Below are positions 14,263-26,224 of a stretch of DNA of 64,000 bases, piece after piece. The position numbers and the translations under genes are program-made. The first letter of the stretch is position 1, and each line of letters opens with the position of its first letter. Below the pieces are notes generated by a model, which saw nothing but the letters and a program-made list of their open reading frames with translations, was not told where the DNA came from and searched no databases. Where the stretch lies: NCBI GenBank assembly GCA_040954595.2, contig CM082597.2:496001-560000 (forward strand), written 5' to 3'. Source of the stretch: Balanoglossus misakiensis. Taxonomy: Eukaryota > Animalia > Hemichordata.

Positions 14263-15158
14263 TTTCTATGTTTACACATTTTTGAATGTGTGCGCCGAAT
14301 TTTGAAAGTAGACTGTGGGGGCGCTGTAAGTAACCGGAGCGCCACAGCGGGGACAAAACTTCAGTTCTTTTGTTTTTATGGCAGCCATGTTGGACAGGAA
14401 CATATCCCGACCATCAGCCTCTTTATTTTCATAATCAGCAGCTGTATCTGCTTGTCTTTTCATATAAATTAATGTCAACAGCTAAATCACGACTGACTTA
14501 GCAAACTTCAGAGTCCCTGGGATTTTCACAGCTCCTGCAAGACACAGTTAGTCTCTTTTTCAGCACAGACCATGATAACTTCACAAACCCAGAGATGTTT
14601 ATAATTCCAAAAGAATTTCTAAAGATCCTGATATTTTTTCTCCAGAAAACATTGCATGTAGAGGGCACACAGAACAATCTTACACTCACACTGTCACACC
14701 AACACACAATTTCTACACTGCTTTCAGATTAACTCTTTTATTTCAAAGTTTTCAACGTTACATTCGACAAAAAAGAGGCAAAATGATCACAGTGACAGGG
14801 ACAGAATTCTCCCATTATAAACAATCTTTCAAAAAACCTGCCAATTGACATTAAAAATATTTCAGATGATCAACACTTCTGACAATGCTGATCAAAAAGA
14901 TGTGTTATTCCAGCTTACTAGTTTCATATCAATGTTGAAATGACCTCAGATACAAAATGAATACATCAACACATCATAACACAATCTCTAAGGGTTTTCC
15001 GAGCTTACATTAAATCAGTTTTCTAAAAATACACTGAAGGGAAAAAGTTTCTGACAAAGGCTAATAGAAACTGTGGGCTTCATGACCGATTAAATACAGA
15101 CAAACCAAAAGGAATTTATTCAAGATGTTGTTATCATGGAAACAATAATATTATGAGC

Positions 15159-16728
15159 TCAGAATCTGCCCGATCTTTCTCTACTGTGACTGCGTCGTTC
15201 ACGTTCTCGACTGCGACTTCTTCCTCCCCTGCGTTCTCTACTTCTGCTGCGAGAACGTCCTTTCCTTTCTCGTTCACGGCTTTGAGAACGCGACTTGTAA
15301 CGGTCACGAGAGCGTGATCTCCTTCTCCTACGTCTGCCATACAATTCGCGACGCAGCTCACGTGAGATGGGTTTCAGATGCATGAAGTTGCAGAAACCAC
15401 CTCTGGTACACTCTCTGTGAAATAAAACAAAATCAAAAGTTTAAAGGTCTGTTCACTGTAAATCAGGTTATTTTTTTCCAGCATTTTTATTGTGTGTCAA
15501 CCAGAAAGGCAGCGACTCGACTTACCCCATTTCATATTGACGACAGCAAGCTTCTCTGAAATCAGTCACAGGTGACAATTCGGCACGCATGGGTTGTCCA
15601 TTGAACCAACGATTATTTAATTGCTGAACAGCTTTCTCTGCATCTTCCTCATTATGAAACTGTCAACAAATTGAGATCAAAAATATTTCATCAGTATTAT
15701 ATGCAGAATGATCCTGCAGTTTTCACAGTACCACATGTTCATTTTGGGTACTGATCCCCCCGGGCCCCGTCTAGAAGAAACACTGAGGGGTACCATGTTA
15801 AAAATGCTTTCTTCTATACTTAACATGATGACAACATCAAAAGTTAATCTCAGACAGAGTTGGAAGTTTGGCTACAAACTGTACCTTGACATAAACATTT
15901 CCAACAAGATGGTCACCGATATTATCGCAGACATTCATTTCTTCGATTTCTCCATATTTCTCATCAAGTTCCGTGAACACTTCTTCAAAGAAATCATCAA
16001 AGTGCTTCTGCATGTCAACATCACTCATGTGTTTCACTGTGGAATAAACAGATACAATAGACAGATTAGAACTATTTTTTGACTAGGTCATCTCTGGGCT
16101 AGGCTACCATACACTGGATTTGTTGATAAAATTACAATGTACAAATGTACTTACTGTGAGATCCATCGGCAGTTTGTGCACTGTTCTGTGGATTTTGATA
16201 AATGTTTAGCAAGACTATGGTCTGACTGAAGGTTGGCTTATTGTGGAGACGAGAACATCTATCACCATGACGACATGCTCCGATCTTGAAATAGAAAGAG
16301 CAGTTTACTCTGGAAAAAAAGTACACAGCACATAATGTTTATTTTCACTTTCTTTGAGTGGAGTGACTGTCGTTTTGCCGTCTGACACAATGAAATAGGC
16401 TTCGAGCTACTGAACTGCAGCTACAATAATCTGACGCACGATCCAGTCCACCAAGGCTACAATTATTGCAGCCAAACAACATTATTAGCAGAGGAGATTA
16501 GTGAAGCCACATTGTTATGCTTTGCTGTGCAGTTCTGACACAGTGACATTGTTTTGGACGCGTCCACGAAACACTTGCGTTTACAAAACGGTGCAGCAAA
16601 AGTTGTGGCCCAAAATCGGTAAAAAATATCACCAGTATTTGAAGTTCAACAGCTGAAGTATCTCCCATCACCAAAGACACTTACTTGTCTTTTTCAGTGC
16701 CGAAAATCGATGCCAAATATTCAGCCAT
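15159..16728 (-). CDS. U2AF1: Splicing factor U2AF small subunit (U2AF35), 246 aa
   Basis: Exons 16685-16728, 16155-16309, 15885-16036, 15526-15659, 15159-15414 (741 nt). [37 protein letters not shown] zinc finger, UHM, second zinc finger, RS tail. Confidence 0.98.
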
Positions 16729-17250
16729 GCTTCGACGCTGTTGTCGCTTTCAATGGCCGCCGCTTTTCTGGAACTAACAAGGCTTTGCGAGAACTACGTC
16801 ACTTCCTTTTCCGGTCACAAAACAAAATCCCCAAAGGCGGAAGTTGATTCGGTGTTGTCCGTATCGCAATCAGTTTCTCTCCTGATTTACTGGTCTTTTT
16901 TGCGGTTGATAAGGGTGAGTAGAAGTTCATTTCAAAGATCCATTGTTAGCGAGTTTACAGAGAATCAAAGGTGAAATCCTGTTTGTCGATACTGGTTGAG
17001 ATCCACTTGTCAATAACATCAAAAGTTTACTGTTTACATTAATTTTCCATGATTGTGAAATACACATGGGCGTACGCGTATTGTCCGAATATCATGATCA
17101 GTGATGACCAAAGCATAGATCTCCCTCTAAGATCTACGACCAAAGTCAGCTGAGAACCCAAAGCCAAAAGAGAGTGACTCTTTTCCATCATATTAGAACA
17201 CACAGGTTGAAGGGATATCCCACGGAACACAACACAGCACAGCATTAGAA
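16729..17250. promoter_or_regulatory. Bidirectional promoter and 5' UTR region of U2AF1/PSENEN
   Basis: ATGs 523 bp apart on opposite strands; CpG-richer; YY1-like CAATGGCCGCC (~16751), ETS-like ACTTCC/TTCCGG/CGGAAG; probable PSENEN non-coding exon donor G|GTGAGT at ~16915. Confidence 0.7.
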
Positions 17251-17774
17251 ATGGACTTGAAGAGGGTATCCAATGAAGACAAATTGACCTTGTGTCGAAA
17301 ATATTACCAAGGTAAGAATATAGCTTTGTGTTTTTGATATTGGAAACAAATTCAAGTTTCACAGTAATACGAATCCTTAACTTCAACTGTCTGTATTTAT
17401 TTATTGTAGGAGGGTTCTTTTGTTTGCCGTTTCTTTGGGCTGTCAATTTTATATGGTTCTTCAGGGAGGCGTTTATGAAACCACATTACCCAGAGCAGAA
17501 ACAGATAAAAACATGTAAGTATCTCAATATTATCTAATCTGTTTTAAAGTTGAAAATAAGAAAATGAGTAATATATTATGTTTTCACCTAGTTTCCAATT
17601 ATCATTGACTTTTATTTTTCTTCTTGTTTTTCAGACATCATAAGGTCAGCAATAGGAGCATTAATATGGTTAGCAGTAATAACTACATGGGTCGTGATAT
17701 TTCAAATCTATCGTCCAATCTGGCAACCATTTGCAGATTACATCTCATTCATGATTCCAAAAGGCATTCCATAG
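17251..17774 (+). CDS. PSENEN: Gamma-secretase subunit PEN-2, 101 aa
   Basis: Exons 17251-17311, 17410-17514, 17635-17774 (306 nt): [42 protein letters not shown]...[12 protein letters not shown]. Confidence 0.97.
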
Positions 17775-17847
17775 ATTCTGGTTTTATTGATAAGAGGAAT
17801 TTCAGAATTTAAAATTTACAGTATCTGTTTTGTTTTGTTGTTGTGGA

Positions 17848-17890
17848 ATTTTTTTTTTTTTTTTTTTTTTTGGGGGGGGGGGGGGGGGGG
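17848..17890. repeat. Adjacent poly(T) and poly(G) homopolymers in the PSENEN 3' UTR
   Basis: A run of >20 T immediately followed by a run of ~19 G. Confidence 0.9.
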
Positions 17891-18453
17891 CTACCATTGT
17901 GATATAGCGCCATCTAGTGACGAGAATATGGTATTACTTTGTTCTGGATATCTGGCTGTATTGAAGTGAACTCGTGAATGTAATACTTTGGAAGCTTTAC
18001 TGTGTAACTGTCATAGGAAATCATGTCAAATAAAATTCACATGTTTTAATTGTTGGCGAGTTGTGCTTTGTTTTCATCTGTATTTTCTATTCAGATTGAA
18101 TAGAAAAAATACATGAATATCTAACTCTTACAAGATAGAAGCACTTGCATTCTGCTTCGTTGAATTCACAGTGGAAGTATGTATACTGATGCAGAAATCT
18201 AGTTGACAATCTAGTTACATATGCTATCAATCTGATTAAGATAATGCCTATAATGATTATTGGAAATGTTTTATGTCCTACTGACTGGTGCAGGGCGCCC
18301 CCAAGATTGGCTATGATTGCCTTTTCGGGTCAAGGACATGTCATATGTTACTATGTCGTCTGCAAGCTTGAGATATATTTTCATTCCAAAGATCAGAATG
18401 ATATTTATATACAGACTGATGTGAAATAAGAGTGCGGGAGGCAGCCACACACC

Positions 18454-20292
18454 ATGGCTCCAGACGATGTCAGTTTATTTGGTCATTTTCACCAAATATT
18501 GGCCATTATTGGCCTGAGCAGTCTCACATATATCTTCCTGAAAGTCACCACTTGGATTTATCATTTTATCAAGGTTTATTTGATAAGTCCAGTGTTTAAG
18601 TTGCATACAGATGTGACCAAACTTGGGAAGTGGGCAGGTTAGTAGACCCATTATTGTGTGGCCCTTATTGTGTGCTTGTTGGGGAAGGCCAAAAGGACAT
18701 CTCCAAATTTATTATGACCCTTTTCCTCCACAGCTGTGACTGGTTCGACTGATGGTATCGGAAAAGCATATGCTGAGGAACTTGCCAGCAAAGGACTCAA
18801 CATTGTGTTATTGAGTCGGTCCAAAGAGAAACTGGACAAGGTTGCCAAGGAGATTGGTTAGTACACTGAAACTGGAAGAGTCTTCAAAGTAATTTTAATT
18901 TGACTTTCAAGTCGACAGACTCGGAAAGATATTCTCTTTTGTTTCTTTTCCAATGATAGAAACAAACTTCAACGTCCAAACAAAAGTGGTTGTTGTGGAT
19001 TTTACCGGTGGTCCAGATATTTATAATGAGATTGAAAGAGAACTGGAGTGTTTAGAAATTGGTGTGTTGGTGAACAATGTCGGTATGGTGTCTCCAGTTG
19101 GTTCAAGGCTGTTCCTTGATACACCAAATATCCAACAGGTTGGTGACATTTTAATAGCCATTTTTTGCTCATTGCGAGATCTTTTGAGACTCGGTTAGGT
19201 TGCTATAGTCAAGTCATAGAATAGGTGCATTATGCTTCCAACAATGTCTGTATATTTTCTTTCATCAGTTCATCCCTGAAGTAATAAATGTCAATGTCGC
19301 AGCAGCCACACAAATGACACGCATTTTACTCCCAGCTATGGTTCAAAGGTAAGTACAGTGAGAATTCCACTGGCCAATTGGCATCAGCACATTATTTCTT
19401 ACAAATCAATTTCTTGTGTGTATAATTGTAGAATTCAAATTTATTTTCAAGTTTCTTCACAGGAAAAAAGGAGCAATTATAAATATTTCATCAGGCTCAG
19501 GCAAGACTCCTGTACCCCTCAAAGCTGTCTGTTCTGCTACTAAGGTAACCCCCTCCCAACATTTTTGTGTTGTGTTGATGTCTTAGATCTTTCTATAAGC
19601 CTCAAATATTAGTGGTCTACTTTTTAAAAAGCATCTTCTGTTTTCATTTATTTCATAGGCATACATGGATTTCTTTTCACGTACACTCCAAGTAGAATAT
19701 GAATCCAAGGGCATCATTGTTCAGGTACGGACTCTGTAGTAATAGACCACTTTCCAGACTCTACGAGATCTCACATGACTATGCACATACACCTTGAATT
19801 TACTGTTGCCATAAATAAATTTGACTAATGTCTGTTTATTTTCTAATCACAGTCTATTATTCCATACTATGTATCAACCAATATGTCTGGCAACATATCA
19901 ACCTCCTTATTTGTACCATCAGCGAGACAGTATGTGAAACAGGCATTGGCAACATTGGGTTTGGAAAACAGAACTCATGGTTACTATACACATGCATTGC
20001 AGGTAATTGAAAGGGATGCCAATGGCTAAGCATTTTTTGTTTGCATCTCGAACTACATCATTGACAATAAATCTCTGTTTTCGATCAATGTTCTGCCTTC
20101 TGATCTCTCTCATTTCTGGAGACAATAATACAAAGTGGAAGGCATGTATTCCATATGTATCTTAATAAAGTTATTATCTTTTGATTGCAGGGACTTCTGT
20201 TTGATATTTTACCTTTCTTCATAACTATCAAGCTGAGATTCACATGGAGGTTGTGGAAAAGGAAACATGCTCAAAAACTGAAGTCAAGGTGA
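18454..20292 (+). CDS. HSD17B12/HSD17B3-family SDR (very-long-chain 3-oxoacyl-CoA reductase-like), copy 1; catalytic Tyr replaced by Cys
   Basis: 8 exons; N-terminal [36 protein letters not shown], but VCSATK at the YxxxK site; ends ...[11 protein letters not shown]. Confidence 0.9.
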
Positions 20293-20791
20293 CAATTAAG
20301 AAGTCTCCATAGATTCCTACCATGGGATGGATTCTGGTACTCTTCAGAATGAACTTATTTTTACACCCAATTGATTGATTGACAGTCTTAGTCTAGTTAC
20401 AATTTACAAAGTTATGTAAATAAACACTGCAAATACATGATATATCAATAAAAGTAAAATTGTAAAAATAGTAATTGGCCATGCAAACATTATTGTACAG
20501 TGTAATGTACCAAGTGGTTTTAGGACCTATCTCTACATGCGTGCACAATGGGATGACACCCAACTTACAAAACCACAATGATCATGATCTCATGTTGGAT
20601 TATTTGTATTTCTGACTCTCTCTGGACAATTCACCTGAGAAGCGCCCTCACTGTTTCATCAGGTCAAGGACAGGCCAACAGGACTTTGTCCTTTTTTTCA
20701 TCTTCCTATGATAAACCTGGTATGGGGGGAATGGAGTTAGATATTACACGTGTGCTACTTCCAAAGTAAATATACGAGCCATTGTATCAGC

Positions 20792-23060
20792 ATGGCGTTG
20801 GATATTGTTGGTTTACTTGGTCGTTTTCAACCACCGGTGATGAAAATAGGTTTGGTTACCACTGCTTACGTTGCTCTGAAAATTATTTTATGGATTCTAC
20901 ACTTCATCAAGGTTTACTTGTTAAGCCCAGTGTTTAAGTTGCATACAGATGTGACCAGACTTGGGAAGTGGGCAGGTTAGTAGAACCACAATACTTTGTA
21001 TCGTTTTGTCGCTTGGCCAAAAGGACATCCCCAAACTCCTGCTTGATTTCATCAGCAAATTTGTATGTTTCAGGTACATGTGATAAAGTGACTATATCTT
21101 CCATGTCAACCAGTAATGAAGTGACCATAACATAGTTTAATTTTATGAGAGCATTATGTACAGTAGGTGTCTTATACTGACTTCATCACCACCATTTCAA
21201 TCACAGCTGTGACCAGTTGTACAGATGGTATTGGCAAAGCTTATGCTGAAGAATTTGCCAGCAAGGGAATCGATATTGTGTTGTTGAGTCGATCCAAAGA
21301 CAAACTGGAGGAAGTCGCTAAGGAAATAGGTTAGCATGTCAAATATGAAATAAATCTCCAATGTCTGTAATTTATGTCTTATGTGTAATTAAGAAAAAAT
21401 AGTTTTGGTTCAAGTTCTATTTATTAAGACACAAATATTCTAAGAACCTAATTCACTAAATATTCAATTCTTTCTTTCTTTTTCCTTCTCCATTCTCTCT
21501 TTCTCATTTGTTATTGCAGAAGACACCTATGGTGTACAAACTAAAGTGGTTGTGGCTGATTTTACAAGAGGACCAGAAATTTATGAGAAGCTTGAACAAG
21601 AACTGGGAGAGATGGAGATTGGAATCTTGGTTAACTGTATTGGCATGTCATCTGGTGGTGTCAATTATTTCCTAGACACTAAAAATATCAAACGGGTTTG
21701 TTCCTATTAATTTGTATGTGATTTCAATACTGAAATACAGAGGTTTTAGTGTTTTGTTTTACTGTTTCTCTGCATTTTTAAGATGTCTGGCAGTGCATTG
21801 TGAAAGCATTATAGCTACTACCAGTACAGACTTGCATATTAAACAATCATTTCTTCATCGTTTTATTTATCAGACTGTCCCCAGTATCATCAATGCCAAT
21901 GTTCTAGCTGTCACTCATATAACCAGGATTGTACTCCCAGGAATGATCGTAAGGTAAACACACACATCAAGTCAATTAACCAGTGTTTAATAGTGGCCAC
22001 CTCTATATATCGGCCACTTTGTTACTATTTACATGGGCATATGTATTATCAATGATTATGGATGTAGAATTTTACAAGTTTAACACTTTTACCTTCTTAT
22101 AGGAAAAAGGGAGCAATTATTAATATTGGCTCTGGTTCTGCCAAGGTTCCTGTCCCCCTTACAGCAGTATATTCGGCATCCAAGGTAAAAGAAATCACAT
22201 GGCATCCTGTACTTGTATGTAGGGCTTTTTATGGGTTGAAAATCAAGTGCTACTTACTGCCAAAGTGGTACTAAAATGTATACGTAATATGCTTTGAAAT
22301 TTTTAAGTTCTGGAAGAAGTAGAGTTTATTGTCGAATCGCATGATCAATAGGCGATTTCCGACCGTCTTTCTTGAGGGACTGTGGTACTAATCATGAAAT
22401 TGATAAAAGTCTTGACATTTTCCTACAATTTAGAAAATAACTATGATTTAACTGTCTCCCAAATTGCAGGCATACACAGATTTCTTTTCACGAGCACTGC
22501 ACTTGGAATATGAATGTAAAAATATAATTGTTCAGGTATGTATAAGTCAACTTGAATTTGGTGATGTTGTGTGTGGCATGTCCTAGACCTTATAAAACAC
22601 AAGGTGTTATCAACAATAATGATGGTTGTATTGGCTTTTTGTTTCCACAGTCTGTTCTGCCTTATTATGTATCACTCAATGTGAATGACTACACAGAAAC
22701 CAATGTACCATCAGCAAGAGAGTATGTGAAACAGGCTTTGGCAACATTGGGTGTAGACAACAGAACTCATGGATATTATACACATACATTGCAGGCAAGT
22801 GAAAATACATGTTCATGATGATGTACAACTATGATGACCAAATTCGACAGCTTGGATAGGTCGACAACTATGCCTCTGCCTGGATAGACATTGATTACCT
22901 TGTGATGACGGGGCATCTTGGCTTAGTTGAAATCCTGTTTCTTATTTTCTTTTCTATCTTTGAATTCCAGGGACTTCCATATGACATTCTACCCACAAGT
23001 ATGACCGTCTACACGAATTTCAAGTGGATGCAATTCTTTCTGCCTAACTCTAGAAGATGA
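20792..23060 (+). CDS. HSD17B12-family SDR, copy 2; degenerate cofactor-binding motif
   Basis: Same 8-exon layout; [30 protein letters not shown]; GC donor at 22795; ends ...QFFLPNSRR*. Confidence 0.88.
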
Positions 23061-23498
23061 AATTATGAATATGCTGTAATATGAATGAAGAAATAGAACA
23101 ATGACAACATACATATTATTATCATTTGCTTTAATTCACAAACCCTTCACAGAGCTTTTCATGTCATTCAGAAACATTTCCTCAAAGAAAAAGTTTGCAT
23201 AAAACGATCAAATTGGATGAAGAGCTAGATTCAAAAACATGGTACAATTCTCACCATTGAGAATATCAGCAAAGACAATACTGATGTACAATCAGAGAAG
23301 GGAAATTACACAACATTAACTACATCATAAAAATGTCCTACATATGAAAATCATCTAGGAATAAAAAAACATCAGTTTAAGATTAGAATATTGACATCAA
23401 TCACTTCTTTTCATTACAAAACACATACATGTAGTCAGAGAATCAGACGTACTTTACGCAAACATGGCCTTCTTGACGTGCTAAGGATTATACAATTT

Positions 23499-25656
23499 CT
23501 ACTGAGATTTCTTGCTTTCTCTTGCTCTCTTCCTCAAGATTTTTGCATGCGCCATTTTCATCAGTTTAAATGTGATCTTAGTGTATACCCATTCAGGCAA
23601 CACATCTCCAAGAATTCCCTGAAAATAAAGAAGAAAAGCACAAAGTTAAAATCATGGTGCGCTGTTGTTTGATCTATGTCAAAATTTTCACACAAAAACA
23701 TGATTGGTAGAATTAAAATGGACAAAATTTTGCTCCATTTCAGACTGATTTCTGACCTGTAAAGCGTGCGAGAAATATCCATGAGTTCTGTTATCCACAC
23801 CCAATGTTGCTAGGGCTTGTTTGGTGTACTGTTTGGAGTTAGGTACAGCGATGGAGGTTCTCATGTTCTTAGTCATGTTAGTTGACACAAAGTAAGGCAT
23901 GACGGACTGTGAATAGAAACACAAAAACAATGTCTCAGACAGGTTAAACAATTTACGTCAAACACTCCTGGTAATTCTGATATCAGAATGTATACATACC
24001 TGAACAATGATCCCTTTGGATTCATATTCTGTATGTAGTGCACGCGAGAAGAAATCCATGTACGCCTGCAAATTCAAACAGAGACAGATTCATATTCAGG
24101 TTGAATTCAACATGAAAAGATCCATATAGTCCCACATTACATCCAGTATATAAACCAATAATGTCATCCACTTTACCTTAGTTGCTGAGTACACACTTAG
24201 CATTGGTGTTGGTACTTTGCCAGATGCTGATGACAAATTGATGATGGCTCCCTTCTTCCTGTAGTAAAAAAATATTAATTCAAGAAAAAAATCACCAATG
24301 TCAGGTTTAGGGAACACTGCTAAACCAACCAATCACTGTAAAGGCTTTTTGTTCATACCCGATATTATTTGGCACTGTATTTTAAGATACAATGAAATAC
24401 AATTATTGTTAGTTTTCTATTATTTACCTTTCAACCATGCCAGGGAGGACAATACGTGTCATCTGTGTGGCGGCCAAGATGTTCACATTCAGGATGCGAG
24501 TAATATACTGATAAAAGGGGAAAAACAGACGTTTTGTTAATATGATACAAAATGCAAGCATAAATACACTTTCATAGGGTCAACAATATACAAGCTTTAA
24601 TATAAGATGAATGTCAAGGAACACACAAACCTGGGCCAAGTCAGGAGTGCTAGCAAAGTATTCTACAAGCGATGACATGCCAACGTTGTTCACTAAGACA
24701 CCAATCTCCAAGCCTGCCAATTCTTTCTCGATATCCTCATATACTTCACTACCAGCAGAAAAATCCACCACAAGTATCTTTGTTTGAACTCTGTAGTTTG
24801 TTTCTGTGGAGAAAGGACATGTTATTATTTGGCATGATTTGCCACCAGAAGTTGATGTACTTGAGCCAGAGAACAACCCAGAGCCATAAAGGTAAAATAC
24901 TGTAGAATAGTATGATTGCAATAAAAATTCCAATTCGGAACTCAGGTAAGTTTCACACATATTTTCTTATTCTTACCAATCTCCTTGGCAACGTTTTCTA
25001 GTTTATCTTTGGATCGACTCAACAACACAATATTGAGGCCCTTCTTGGCTAATTCCTCTGCATAAGATTTTCCAATACCATCTGTACAGCCAGTCACAGC
25101 TGTGAATGGAAAGACAAGCTGTTAATAATTGCCCTGATCTTTATAATGAGAATAAATGTTTTATGCCAAAAGTGATGAAATGAACTTTGACCTCAATGCA
25201 TGTGCTTACTGCATGTATGAACGTGGCTATTAAAATGTAACCATGAATTACTTGAGAGCCTCGTGACCATGCTATTTCAATTTCTGGAAATCCGCGAAAA
25301 CAAGAAGTTTCGCCTCTTCCAATGTTAAAACACCAAATGAAAGAAGAAGGTTATGCAAATCGGTCACTATGGCCACTGATGGTCGCCATGCAAAAATGGG
25401 CGTGTAGCATCAAGTTTGAAATAATGAGGTATATTTTCGATATGCATGGATCTCAAAGTCTTCCTTACTTACCAGCCCAGGTTCCAAGTTTCTTTACATC
25501 TGTGTGTAGTTTCAACATCGAACTCAGAACAAAAACTTTGAAAAAGCGCCAAGTGCAAATGGCGATCCTCAGCGTCACATAGGTAACGCTTCCCAGACCG
25601 ATGACGGTCAACGCCGGTTGAAAACGTGCAATTAAACTGCTTATGTCGCACACCAT
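23499..25656 (-). CDS. HSD17B12-family SDR, copy 3 (all canonical motifs intact)
   Basis: Same 8-exon layout, inverted; AVTGCTDGIGKSYA, LVNNVG, VYSATK; C-terminal KKSQ* fits a KKxx ER-retrieval signal. Confidence 0.92.
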
Positions 25657-26224
25657 GTTGAAAGGTTTTGATAACACTTTGGGTGTTAGTTTGAGGTCGT
25701 TTCGTTGTGGAGAAAAACCAAGAACCACAATCGTGTTGCCGGTATCGTGGTATGGTGTGATTTCAGCAGATGATATTGGCGTGGTCCAGAGGGCGCTGTA
25801 CGCGACCTTTGAACTTTGACTTTATCTTTCGGACGGGAATGTCGAAAACAAAAACTGTCACCATCTTTTTCACTCTATGGAATAGAAAGCAAAGCAAAAA
25901 CAAAAACAAAACAAAACATTTAACCTAGCTGTAGCTAAGCTGACTTAGTTATGATAAAAGTAAAGGCTCAAAAAGTAAAGTTTACATAGGCCCATATATG
26001 GCTGAAATGTAAACTACCCAAAGTGTTTCTATTGGTTCCCAAAGTAACTTGTAATTGCAATTGGTTCAAGTGAAGTATAAGAACTAGAATGGAAAACACT
26101 ACCCTTGTTATGCGATCAAGACTATTTCTTTTTTTTAAAATAATCGATCGATCGATCTGTGTCATTTTCGTTCAACTTTGCGAGGGCGCTGTTTTAACCC
26201 AGCATTCCAACTCCCAGTGCAATC

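Noticed and set aside
14272-14478. ORF with CPRCG zinc-knuckle-like motif just upstream of CCDC15
   Set aside because: Lies in the GC-rich promoter, has only one Cys pair and no splice support; likely chance, although a uORF is not excluded.
17848-17890. Poly(G) as a functional G-quadruplex in the PSENEN 3' UTR
   Set aside because: Similar G/C runs occur in introns (~41063, ~47465); homopolymer length is assembly-sensitive and no specific evidence of function.
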